From Octopus sinensis (taxonomy: Eukaryota), in NCBI RefSeq assembly GCF_006345805.1, contig NC_043004.1, positions 32,488,001-32,552,000 on the forward strand: a stretch of 64,000 nt of DNA, given 5' to 3'. Under the pieces are notes generated by a model. It saw nothing but the letters and a program-made list of their open reading frames with translations, was not told where the DNA came from and ran no database searches. The translations under genes were made by a program, and so were the position numbers. Shown here one piece after another: positions 1 through 13,390 of the stretch (within the stretch, counting starts at the first letter, position 1; the number at the start of each line of letters is the position of its first letter).

Positions 1-13
1 CAAAAATTTATCG

Positions 14-68
<55 letters not shown>

Positions 69-337
69 TATATATCAAATGGATGTCTTATAAAACTATC
101 CCACAGATACAATAACAGCCATACCAGCAATCCAACATACACCTATCATCAGCTGCCTACGGATATCACTATGGTTTCGACACCTAGGCAGTACCATTCA
201 ATACGGCGGTGTCAACAGCACTAAAATAAGTGTTTTTTAGGTACAAAAATACTTAAGATATCACCACATTCATTCAATCTTAATTCTTGGAAGGATTAAA
301 CACTAACATTATTAATTAAACTACAACAAAGTGTATA

Positions 338-368
<31 letters not shown>

Positions 369-477
369 TATATATATATATAATAATATATATATATATA
401 TATATATATAGATTGGGTTTAGATTAGAATTGATTAAGGTTAATTGAGTTTTCCAGTTGTGTGAAAGTGGACAAAGG

Positions 478-1637
478 TGCCTGGACCACAGTCCCTAAAT
501 GTATGAATAACCTCATTGTTCCCTGGATTCGTTTACAGCTCATTTCTATTCACCGTGTCAAACGTTTGCATTAAGATCAACGAAGATTTGTCAAGGGAGA
601 AGTTTCCGATTTATGCACATTTCCTGCAACTGGCTAACTCTAAAGATCATCACTTTATCAGATCTAAATCCACACTGAGACACCGGGATCAAATGAAGTA
701 TGTCTGCAGTCAATTCAGTAAAAGTCTGGCAATTCTCTCCCTAACAGTTACAAGTAAAGAAATACTTCTAGAATTATTAAACAGTTGGGCTTCGGTCTCC
801 TTTGTGCTATGAAATCAGTACAGCAACTCTCCACTCCCGGTCAAGTGGTTAATCATTCCTGACGTGATAACTATTCCATATTTATTAGGGCGTCGAGCTG
901 GCAGAATCGTTAGCACGTCGGGCAAAATGCTTAGCGGTATTTCGGCTGCCGTTACGTTCTGAGTTCCAATTCCGCCGAGGTCGACTTTGCCTTTCATCCT
1001 TTCGGGGTCGATTAAATAAGTACCAGTTACGCACTGGGGTCGATATAACCGACTTAAGCCCTTTGTCTGTCCTTGTTTGTCCTCTCTGTGTTTAGTCCCT
1101 TGTGGGTAGTAAAGAAATAGAAATAGGTATTTCGTCTGCCGCTACGTTCTGAGTTCCAATTCCGCCGAGGTCGACTTTGCCTTTCATCCTTTCGGGGTCG
1201 ATAAATTAAGTACCAGTTACGCACTGGGGTCGATGTAACCGACTTAAGCCCTTTGTCTGTTCTTGTTTGTCCCCTCTGTGTTTAGCCCCCTGTGGGCAAT
1301 AAAGAAATAGATAACTATTCCATATATTGACTGTTAGTCTGTCCGCAAGACCAGCCGCTCCGTCAACCCAATACTTTATAATCCCACCCGGTATGCCGTC
1401 AGGTCCTTGGATTTTCCAGAGCTGATTTATTTAACGGCAATTTTGAATTCTTATATCAACATTATTATCCGTTTCTTCAATAACATGTTGCTGCAGCAGG
1501 TCTTTTGTGACCTTCTCATCTATTGTGGATGGACTCTGAAGACGATCTGGGAAATGTTCTATTGATCTCTTCAGAACATCTTCAATAGCATCTGAGTGGA
1601 TCCGACAAACAACATCTGTTTCAGTACACGATTTCAC
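478..1637 (-). mobile_element. Degenerate RTE-clade LINE reverse transcriptase fragment, interrupted by a SINE
   Basis: Manual minus-strand translation across frameshifts gives RTE RT motifs: QGPDGIP.., NNSRSISLL (NYRGISLL), PVSQCGFRS..MIFRVSQLQEMC (PESQCGFR..QLQEKC) and FVDL..FDTVNR (FVDLTKAFDTVNR); many stops. Confidence 0.75.
882..1310 (+). mobile_element. SINE family A, head-to-tail dimer with target-site duplication
   Basis: Two tandem monomers, the second 5'-truncated at 1126; 16-bp direct repeat GATAACTATTCCATAT at 866-881 and 1310-1325. Confidence 0.85.
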
Positions 1638-1829
1638 ATCAAGAGCCTAATACAAAAACCATACGCACGCACGCACGCACACACACACCATTGTTATATC
1701 TATCATCTTATTTTATTTCGTTTGTTTTATTCGTCCATTTGTTTCAATAACATGAAAATCAGTTTATTTAGAGAAAGGCATCTTTGCCTCGGGTGCAGTT
1801 TTGAATTTTAATCTTCGTGGACACAAAGA

Positions 1830-1875
1830 AAGAGTGACAGAGAGAAAGAGAGTAACAGAGAAAGAGAGGGATTCA

Positions 1876-1909
<34 letters not shown>

Positions 1910-2059
1910 GAGAGAGGGATTCAGGAAGAGAGAGAGAGTGAGTGAGTGAGAGGGATTCAGGAAGAGAGAGAGAGAGAGTGGGAGAGAGAAAGAGAGAAGG
2001 GGAGTGGCAGAGAGAGAGAGAGAGAGAGAAAAAGAGAGTGAGAGAAGAAGGGGAGTGGC

Positions 2060-2090
<31 letters not shown>

Positions 2091-2205
2091 TAGAGTAGGA
2101 TATATAGGGAGTGTATGTGTGTGTGTGTGCAATAAAAAGGAGAAAGAAAGAAAGAAAGGAAGGAAGGAAGGAAGGAATAAATAAATAAATAAGGAAAGAA
2201 AGAAA
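1830..2205. repeat. Compound (AG)n/(TG)n/(GGAA)n/(AAAT)n microsatellite
   Basis: Direct inspection. Confidence 0.95.
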
Positions 2206-2561
2206 GAAAAACAGATACACTCGAAGAGGAGCAACAAGAATAACGGCAACAAGACTTTTTCGAATGTTTGTTGCTTAAACTTATGCGAAAGAAATCTGTC
2301 ATTTAATGGAACTGAAAAAGAAAAAAAATTGCTTTTCATTTCGTTCTCAAAGTGGAAATATAATTCTAACGTTTATTTTTCAAGTAATAGGTTATTAATG
2401 AACATTCTGTTTTCGGTTAAGTTTGTTAATTTGGAAAAATAACTTTATATTAAATGCATTTAATGAACAGAGTTGTGTAGGATTAAGAATAGCTAAAACA
2501 AGATATCTAAAAATAAAAATAAGAAACAAAAAAATACATCAAGCAAGATCTACCAAGCTAG

Positions 2562-3435
2562 AGGTGCAGGCGTGGCAGAGTGGTAAGACGTTTGCTTTCA
2601 AGGCGGCGAGCTGGCAGAAACGTTAGTGCGTCGGGCGAAATGTTCAGCGGTATTTCGTCTGCCGCTACGTTCTGAGTTCAAATTCCGCCGAGGCCGACTT
2701 TGCCTTTCATCCTTTCGGGGTTGATTAAATAAATACCAGTTACGCACTGGGGTCGATGTAACCGACTTAATCCGTTTGTCTGTCCTTGTTTGTCCTCTCT
2801 GTGTTTAGCCCCTTGTGGGTAGTAAAGAATAGAAATAGGTATTTCGTCGATTTGCCGCTACGTTAGAGTTCAAATCCACCGAGGTCGACTTTGCCTTTCA
2901 TCCTTTCGGGGTCGATAAATTAAGTACAGTTACGCACTGGGGTCGATATAATCGACTTAATCCGTTTGTCTGTCCTTGTTTGTCCCCTCTGTGTTTAGCC
3001 CCTTGTGGGTAGTAAAGAAATAGGTAAGACGTTTGCTTTCCAACCACATGGTTCCAGTTTCAGCCCCACTGTGTGGCACCTTGGGCAAGTGTCTTTTACT
3101 ATAGTATCTGGCCGATTAAAGCCCAGTGAGCGGATTTGGTAGACGGAAACTGAAGAAGCCAGTCGCATATGTGTGTGTGTGTGAGTGTGTACGTGCGCGC
3201 GTTTGCGCGAGTGTGTATCGGTGTTCGTGTGTTTCTGTCTGTGTTCGACCCCCAAGCGGCGTTGGTTTGTTTAAGTCCCCGTATTCTAGCGATTCGGCAA
3301 AAAAGACCGGTAGAACAATTACCGGACTTTTAAAACATAAAATGTACAGGGGTCGATCTGTTCGACTAAATCTCGTCGAGGCAGTGCCCCAGCATGGCCA
3401 CAGTCCAATAACTGAAGCAAGTAGATGATAAAAGA
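2562..3435 (+). mobile_element. tRNA-derived SINE family B with internal microsatellite, interrupted by a family A dimer
   Basis: Head GCAGGCGTGGCAGAGTGGTAAG.. resumes at 3041 (CAACCACATGGTTCC..); tail CCAGCATGGCCACAGTC near 3388; same family recurs many times in the window. Confidence 0.8.
2601..3022 (+). mobile_element. SINE family A dimer nested in SINE B head
   Basis: 18-bp TSD GGTAAGACGTTTGCTTTC at 2582-2599 and 3023-3040; same internal junction as 882-1310. Confidence 0.85.
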
Positions 3436-4201
3436 TTTGCAGAACAGTTTTTAAAAATCTATAAAGCAATTTAACAATTTACCGGTTTCATTAATGTTCA
3501 TAATTTCGTTTAAATTTTGTTTCGTTTAACCTTGGCTTTTTCTGTTAGTTATTTCCATTATTAATAGACATATTTAGCCGCTAGGTGTGTGGAATTAATG
3601 TTGGAATATGAAATACGAAATAAATATTAGAATTAGTGGAGCCAGAAAATAAAATGATCATATTTTATAATGTTCTCTTTTATCTTTATGTTTCGTATTT
3701 TATATTTTTAATATCTTGTAAACAACTCGTTGTGAGAGCAACACCAAAATGCTTCTTCGACAGAAGGACGGAATATGTGATTATTAAACTCATTCAAATA
3801 ACTGTGGATACTCATTTATATGTGTAAAGATTTATTTTTATTTTGTCGTGAAAAATATCCCCCCCACCAAAAAAAAAAAAAACTGCTCAAAATAATTTTA
3901 TTTTGTAAAGGCGCGGCCACAGGCGCAGGCGTGGCTGTGTAGTAAGAAGTTTGCTTCTCAACCACATGGTTCTGGGTTCAGTTCCACTGCATGGCACCTT
4001 GGGAAATTGTCTTTTACTACGGATTTGATGGACGCCAACTGAAACAAGCCCATCGGGGCTAAACACATGCAATTGCTTTCATCTTGTTTAACATTTCGTC
4101 TAAACACATGCATAAACATAGACACATTTATATCGTATACACACATATATACATACACACACACATACTTTCGTACATACATACATACATACATACCTGC
4201 A

Positions 4202-4235
<34 letters not shown>

Positions 4236-4329
4236 CATACATACATACATACATACTTACTACACAGCCACTCCTACGCCTATGTATATATAAACATTAC
4301 ATATATACACATGTATGTACGTATGTATG

Positions 4330-4530
4330 TCATTATTCAGTTTTATTAAAAGATTTCTTGCCAATAGAGAAAGAGCCGGTTTCTAACGTTGAATTGGAAT
4401 TTCAGCAACAGCAATAGGGCATTATTTACATTTGACAGATATTTGTCCTCATCTTGTTTGTTGCTAACACAACGTTTCGGCTGATGTACTCTCCAACCTT
4501 CATCAGGTGTCTTGGGGAAATTTCGAACCT
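4330..4530 (-). mobile_element. Penelope-like element terminal-repeat fragment
   Basis: Contains the CTGATGAAGG..CCGAAACG motif typical of Penelope-like element termini; no RT or GIY-YIG ORF seen. Confidence 0.5.
4466..4511 (-). ncRNA. Minimal type I hammerhead ribozyme motif
   Basis: Minus strand reads GACAC-CUGAUGA-A-GGUUG-gagaguacau-CAGCC-GAAAC-GU-U-GUGUU: core boxes, stem II, stem I and a palindromic ACGU stem III. Confidence 0.6.
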
Positions 4531-4735
4531 ATGTATGTATGTATGTATGGATGGATGGATGGATGGATGGATGGATTTATACTCTTTACTCTTTTACTTT
4601 TTTTACTTGTTTCAGTCATTTGACTGTGGCCATGCTGGAGCACCGCCTTTAGTCGTGCAAATCGACCCCTGGACTTATTCTTTGTAAGCCTAGTACTTAT
4701 CCTATCGGTCTCTTTTGCCGAACCGCTAAGTTATG

Positions 4736-4922
4736 GGTATTTCGTCTGCCGCTACGTTCTGAGTTCAAATTCCGTCGAGGTCGACTTTGCCTTTCATCCT
4801 TTCGGGGTCCATAGATTAAGTACCAGTTAAGCACTGGGGTCGATATAATCGACTTAATCCGTTTGTCTGTCCTTGTTTGTCCCCTCTGTGTGTAGCCCCT
4901 TGTGGGCAGTAAAGAAATAAAG
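4736..4922 (+). mobile_element. 5'-truncated SINE family A monomer
   Basis: Begins at GGTATTTCGTCTGCC and ends ..GGCAGTAAAGAAATA. Confidence 0.8.
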
Positions 4923-5314
4923 AAATAATTCTAGCGTTTTGGTAAGATTGAATTTTGTATCCTTCATGTGATACAAGAGTAGTATTTTCAAAAAATGTGT
5001 CGACTGTGTGGCTTTAAGTTGCGTCAGGTCTCTTGTGAGATCTCTCACGTGTACAGTACAACCTGTTGTATAGTCGAGTCATCGGCGACTAGACCAGCGC
5101 CTGCTCTAAACTTGCCTGGTGAGGAGGATTGATAAAAACCCAGCAGGACTAAAAACAAGACCTGTCAAAGATACTGACGAACCTACTGTAGGTTCAATGA
5201 CTATGTAGCAATAGCATGGACCTTCAGAAATTCCCCTCAGCTTTTGTTATAGCACGTCTCTAGAATCCGCGAGTCCGCTACCCTGACCACTGGGCCATTG
5301 CGCCTCCACATACA

Positions 5315-5362
<48 letters not shown>

Positions 5363-5504
5363 TGTATGTATGTACACATTAACATATACATACATGCATT
5401 CATGCATACATGCATACATACATGCATGCATACATACATACATATATACATACATACATACATACATACACACATATGACAGATACCCTTTTTACCCCCT
5501 TTTA

Positions 5505-5721
5505 CTTGTTTTAGTCATTTGACTGTGGCCATGCTGGAGCACTGCCTTTAGTCGAGCAAGGACTTATTCTTTGTATGTCTAGCACTTATTCTATCGGTCT
5601 CATTTGCCGAACCGCTAGTTACGGGGGACTAAGCGATGTTGGGTGGACAAACAAAACACACACATACACATACATACATCAATACATATATATATATATA
5701 TATATATTATAATATATATAT

Positions 5722-5754
<33 letters not shown>

Positions 5755-5935
5755 CACACACACATATACGACGGGCTTCCTTTAGTTTCCGTCTACCAAA
5801 TCCACTGACCAGGCTTTGGTCGGCCCGAGGCTATAGTAGAAGACACTTGCCCAAGGTACCACGCAGTGGGACTGAACCCGCAACCATGTGGTTCGTTAGG
5901 CAAGCTACTTACCACACACCCACTCCTACACCTAT
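5505..5935 (-). mobile_element. SINE family B with internal (TA)n/(CA)n
   Basis: Reverse complement of the family B tail (CAGTCATTTGACTGTGGCCATGCTGGAGC) and head (..GCTACTTACCACAC). Confidence 0.75.
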
Positions 5936-6489
5936 TATATAACATGTCCAACCAAGCAACTCAACTTTCCAAGGCATTGTTGCGCAATTCTGAAAGGTTA
6001 GTCTGAAACCACCAAATTGTCTTTTATGAACTCAACATAACGATTGTCGTTAAGTTTTCCCGTGGTAGGAAGAGAAGTACATACTTATACGCCTCTTGCT
6101 CTTTCCAACAATATCAGTAATGTTAATAAAGTGAAAAATCTTCCACTTGATTTAATCCAGTCTGTGGAACTGGTCAATTCTTGGTAAAGAAGCAAACAAC
6201 GCGACTAACCTTCTAAATGTTAACGCAATACTAGAATCATAATGTCGATGGTTTCTCCAGTTTGGTGCTGCCCACTCACTAAAACTTTATCACTGAGTTA
6301 CGCATACATTTTTGCTACTGCTGTCGCTTTGTTGTTGTTGTTGTTGTTGGTGTTGTTGTTGGTGGTTATGTTTCCGTTGGAAATTTATGTTCACAATTCA
6401 CAAAATAACACTCAGATGTCCTCTCCCCACCCCACCAGTCAGCTTTACATTTCGTCATTTGTTGTTAGTTTCTAATTTGTGGTTGTGGT

Positions 6490-6810
6490 TTCTAATTTTA
6501 AGCACAAAGTTGCAATATCGGAAGGTGTGCGCAAGATGGGTCCCACGAATGCTTCACAGAAGACGACAAACGGCAATCCACCTTATAGTCCAGACTTGGC
6601 ACCCAGTGACTACCACCTGTTCCTTAAATTCAAAGAATATTTGGCCGGAACGCGCTTCAGTAACGACGATGAGGTGAAAGATGGGATTCAATGCTTCCTG
6701 AATGAATATGGCGATGAGCTGGTACGACATGTGCATACAAAAACTGCCCCAGCACCTACAAAAATGCATCGACCGAAATGGCGATTATGTAGAAAGACCA
6801 GTAATTTTTG
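6490..6810 (+). mobile_element. Mariner transposase fragment, internally deleted
   Basis: QYRKVCARWVPRML joined directly to PPYSPDLAPSDYHLF, both hallmark mariner motifs. Confidence 0.85.
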
Positions 6811-6922
6811 AGGAGAGGACCATGAACTCCAGTACTTGATGGTTCTTTATTTTATCGCCCCCGGAGGGGATGGAAGGTGAACAGAATTTGAACTTAAAAC
6901 GAATTGAATCGGAACAAATACC

Positions 6923-7146
6923 TATTTCTTTATTACCCACAAGGGGCTAAACATAGAGGGGACAAACATAGACAGACATAGGTATTAAGTCGATTATATC
7001 GACCTCAGTGCATAACTGGTACTTAATTTATCGACCCCGAAAGGATGAAAGGCAAAGTCGACCTCGGCGGAATTTGAACTCAGAACGTAACGGCAGACGA
7101 AATACGGCTACGCATTTCGCCCGGCGTGCTAACGATTCTGCCAGCT
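6923..7146 (-). mobile_element. SINE family A monomer
   Basis: Reverse complement of family A head, body and tail. Confidence 0.8.
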
Positions 7147-7517
7147 TTCCCTACATTGGATATATTGGTCGAGTCGTTAGAGCGTCGGACGAAACACATA
7201 GTGTTATTTATTCCGGTTTCTTGCGTTCTATTTCAGACCCTGCCAATATCAACTTCGCCTTTCTTCCCTCCGTGGTTGATAAATGAAGTACCATTCCAGG
7301 GTGTAGGGATTGGCAGGGTCATGAGTGTGGCATGGGATGCGTTGTGGTATTTGTTCCATCTCTTTGAGCTCTGAGTTCAATTCCCACCGGGACCTATTTG
7401 GGTGGTAGACTTAACCTGCTACCCAGTTTAATAACACCATCGGGTACCTTAAACGGGGTCCACTCTGTTGCAAGCATTCGGTCCAGAATATCCGGTTTGA
7501 GGACACCTTTGTTCTTG

Positions 7518-7536
7518 TATTAATCCCTCCCTTTCC

Positions 7537-7572
<36 letters not shown>

Positions 7573-7700
7573 TTTCTTTCTTTCTTCTTTCTTTCTTTCT
7601 TTCTTTCTTTCTCTTTCTCTCTCTCCCTCCCTCCCTTTCTTCCTTGCTTTCTTCCTCCTTCCCCTCCTTTCTTCCTCCTTGCCCTCTTCCTTCAAGGGCA
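7518..7700. repeat. (CTTT)n/(CCTT)n polypyrimidine microsatellite
   Basis: Direct inspection. Confidence 0.95.
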
Positions 7701-8362
7701 TTAATTGATTTCATCGAGTCCAGTATATGAATGGCACTTTATTTTATCGACATGGAAGGAATGGAAGCCAAAGTTGACCTCCGCAGGATCTGTATGTAAA
7801 GAACCAGAAAAAATGCCGCTTTGCATTTTGGCCGATGTGCTTCCGATTCTACTAGCTCTCCGCCATCTTTAATCAGGCAAAAAAGTCGAAAATGTAATCC
7901 GTTCACCCAACTGCTACAAGATAGCAATGAGTCTGAACCCCTCGATTGAGCCATTCAACGACTAAGACGATAACAACAACGAGAACGAGTAACAACAACA
8001 ACAACAATAACTCGAATCCCAAATAGACTTAATGATCGACAAATAAAAGAAGACAACAAAAATATTCCAAACCAATAATGGACTCCAAGAAGTGACTTTT
8101 TAAAAGTAATTCTGAAATAAAATTCTCTTAATTACGAAATATTTAAAATCACGAAACAATTGAATTAACTTTTGACATCTTTAAGGCTTTCAAGTTCTTC
8201 GGTTACAAAGATTTATCTCATGTTGGTAGTGAAGATTTATTACGTAAAATACTTAAATACTTGTGTCACACACACACACACTTACAGTCATACATGTATG
8301 TATGTATGTATGTATGTATGTATGTATGTATGTATGTATGTATGTATGTATGTATATGTATA

Positions 8363-9256
8363 CGAAGGTAATCCTAAAAGTAAGGTCTCCAAAAATATCT
8401 AGAAATCGCAGCAACGTTTATTGTCAATGATGTTTACGTCATTTTAAAGTTTAAACATTCATCTATTTTTCTACATAATCGCCATTTCAGTCGATGCATT
8501 TTTGTAGGTGCTGGGCAGTTTTTGTATGCACATATCGTACCAGCTCACCGCCATTTTCGTTGACGAAGCGTTGAATCCCATCTTTCACCTCGTCATCGTT
8601 TCTGAAGCGCGTTCCGGCCAAATGTCCTTTGAACTTAGGGAACAGGAGGTAGTCACTGGGTGCCAAGTCCGGACTATAAGGTGGATTACCGTTTATGATC
8701 TGTGAGCATTTTGTGGGACCCTCGTTGCCCACACCTTCCGATATTGCAACAACTTTTCCCTCAAAACCCTATGGATGGTGCGTCGGAAAACCTCAGGAAC
8801 CAAAGTGCGGAGATCATCCAGAGTGATCCGCCGATTTTCACGCAGGATTTGTTCAACCTTCGCGACTGTCTCGTCGGAAATTGATGGTCACCCGCCTCTT
8901 TATTCGTCATGGATTTCAGTACGACCATCTGAAAACTCATCACACCACTTGCGGACATTTTTGACATCCATGCACGACTCGCCATACACTTCTGTTAATT
9001 GGTGATGAATTTCAATCGGTTTAATTTATTTTGCGTTCAAAACCCGAATAACTGCGAACGTCACAAGTGGCGGTAGCGTCAATTAGGAGCTCCATCAGAT
9101 ACGACTACCAAGCCAAGACTGAGCGTGGCTGCGAGGTGCGCGTAGGGACAGGCGCAGGCACATGCGCAACAAATACAACAGTGTTGCCAAAAGCCTCACG
9201 CACAGTTTCCCTGCTTCTCCAGTGCTTTGGAGAACTTACTTTTGGGATCACCCTCG
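8363..9256 (-). mobile_element. Non-autonomous mariner deletion derivative with both TIRs (894 bp)
   Basis: TIRs CGAAGGTAATCCTAAAAGTAAGGTCTCC and (rc) CGAGGGTGATCCCAAAAGTAAGTTCTCC, flanked by TA and TG; decayed HTH N-terminus (KPIEIHHQLTEVYGE..VRKWC..F.DGRT) and YSPDLAPSDY. Confidence 0.9.
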
Positions 9257-9275
9257 TGCGTATATATATATATAC

Positions 9276-9655
9276 ACTAGCAGTATCGCCCGGCGTTGCT
9301 CGGGTTTGTTTCGACCCTTTAGAATTAGAATTTTTGGAAAGTAAAACTTTTGCATTATGTAGCTTGTTATTCTCTTTAAGTGAACATTTTTCTGGTTGAA
9401 ATACATCGAAAAATGGCGACAAAGCAGTAAAAAAATCGTAAAAAGTAGGGATTTTTATAGAAAAAAAGCACCTTTTTGATGTAAATAATCTTTGATCTTA
9501 ACATGGTTCCATTTGAATTTTTCTTCTACGGAAGAAAGAGCAAGCCTTCTTCTATCATACTCTCAACTTTGGTCAACTTCCGTCGCAGGGTCTCGGAGGA
9601 GATAGTGTTAGTTGAAGCTACCAAACCTGTCATACACAGACAACTTCAGCTTTAT
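9276..9655 (-). mobile_element. Non-autonomous Helitron
   Basis: Minus-strand 3' end: GC-rich hairpin (plus CCCGGCGTTGCTCGGG, 9289-9304) about 8 nt before CTAG|T; 5' end runs into (TA)n. Confidence 0.7.
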
Positions 9656-9733
9656 ATATATATATATATAATATATATATATATATATAAGATATATATA
9701 TATATATATATATAATATATATATATGTGTGTG

Positions 9734-9765
<32 letters not shown>

Positions 9766-9769
<4 letters not shown>

Positions 9770-10041
9770 AGGCGCAATGGCCCAGTCGTAGGATGGCGGT
9801 TTCGATTCCTAGACCGGGCGTTGTGAGTGTTTATTGAGCGAAAACACCTAAAAGCTCCACGAGGCTCCGGCAGGGAGTGGCGATCCCTGCTGTACTCTTT
9901 CACCACTCTTTCACCCACTCTTTCTTCTGTTGGCCTGCTCGCTTAGCCAGCGGGGTGGCGTCATTCAAAGGCTAAAACAATGCGAACGCATTGTGACCAG
10001 CGATGTGTAAGAACATCTGATGGTCTGGTCGGTCACGTGAT

Positions 10042-10049
<8 letters not shown>
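9766..10049 (+). mobile_element. tRNA-derived SINE family C (tail type 1)
   Basis: Head GTGGAGGCGCAATGGCCCAGT..GGTTTCGATTCC with pol III A/B-box-like sequence; ends CACGTGATCACGTGAT. Confidence 0.75.
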
Positions 10050-10114
<65 letters not shown>

Positions 10115-10371
10115 TGTGTGTATGTGTGTGTGTGTGTGTGTATTTGAAAAGGTTGAACGAAAGCGCTCACACACTCGAAGAAACTTTCTTACCAAAAAAG
10201 GTTAGTCACATCCTCGTAATATATTTCATAAGATTTTTTTTTTAAATAGTTAAAGAAAACATCACCTGTACACTTCAAAAACTGTATTAATTCTCATAAA
10301 CTTTCAAACACACACACACATAGCCCAAATATACTTTATAATATATTATAATTGCATATAACGAAATACCA

Positions 10372-10735
10372 CGTGCCTACATTAATGCCAGAACGGGTCA
10401 ACACTGCACAGTGCCAAAGATCCCAGCAATGCCGTCGCGCTTCAGGACCAGTTATTGCAACAGCCTGGGTTTCAGGAGCCCACAGCTTTTTAATATTCTC
10501 CCAAAGAGCCTGAGGAACCTGCACAAAGTAGATGTAGGCGTTTTAAAGTCAAGGCTGGACCTCTTCCTGTCGAAGGTCTCAGGCAAACCTACTTCACGGC
10601 AAAAAGTGCAAATGAGGGTAGCTACATCAAACTCCATACGACACCAAATGCCATATATTAGAGGAGGATCTCAGTAATAACAGTGTAGCAAAGCGGCGGT
10701 ACTCCAGCATGGCCACAGCTCTGAGCTGAAACTAT
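10372..10735 (+). mobile_element. LINE 3' end (CR1/L2-like group), RT C-terminus plus 3' UTR
   Basis: ORF 10411-10677 NSLGFRSPQLFNILPKSLRNL..LKSRLDLFLSKV resembles LINE C-termini (GPRLFNSLP..FK..LD.FL); 3' end GGCGGTACTCCAGCATGGCCACAG. Confidence 0.65.
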
Positions 10736-11597
10736 AAAAAGTTTTTTAAAAAGACACTTGCCCAAGCTGCCCCACGCATCGGAACTATGTGGCTGGGAAA
10801 CAAATTTCTTACCCAACAGCCACAGCTGCACCTTTACAAGTCGATCAACGGCAAGGCATACTTGCCCTTACTTGCCGATTCTGAATCAAGAACTCCTCAC
10901 AGAAGATTCTAGACTTACCAATACATTGAAAAAATGGAAGAGGTTGTGTACAGAGAGGGCATAAACAAGGCTGTGCGATTGCATGATTAACACAAGAGGA
11001 ACTTTCAAATTCTATTTATCTTGTTTTCAGTTTTCCTCTATTTCATTTTATTCTTTTATTGTATTTTATTCTGAGTAATTATCTCTATGAAGTGTAGAAT
11101 CTGTAAATTAGGAGACAGATAAACTTAGGAGTAGAGATGGCATATCATTGATGAGGTCTCGAATGGCGACGAAAGGACTTTGACAAATTAAACTGATTGA
11201 TTGATCAAAAATACTAATCAAACAACCAATTAGTTCATTGATTAAATGGTTAACCACTTGATAAATAAAATCAAAGAAATGAAATAAAACGGGTGCGTGT
11301 GTTTATTATTGATATAACGACCCTCCCGAGACACAACAAAATGCATTTCAATGCACTAGTTCATTTCAATAATCTCGCAAACCAAATACAAAAACGATTT
11401 TTTCCCCCTATTTTCCATAAAATTTAAAATTCCTTTCCTTATTCATTTATTTTAAAACGTTCTTCACTTCTTCCATTCGTTTCTATGCCATTTCTTTCCT
11501 TCATCCCGTTCGCCTTTCTATAATCCTATGTTTTGCGATTCATGTTCTTCAACAGAAAGTGTATGCAATAGCTCCCAATGGCTAATAACAAAATTAA

Positions 11598-13390
<1,793 letters not shown>

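Noticed and set aside
70-240. Plus-strand WFRHLGSTI resembling the RT YLGS motif
   Set aside because: Single short motif in the opposite orientation to the adjacent RTE relic; too weak to call.
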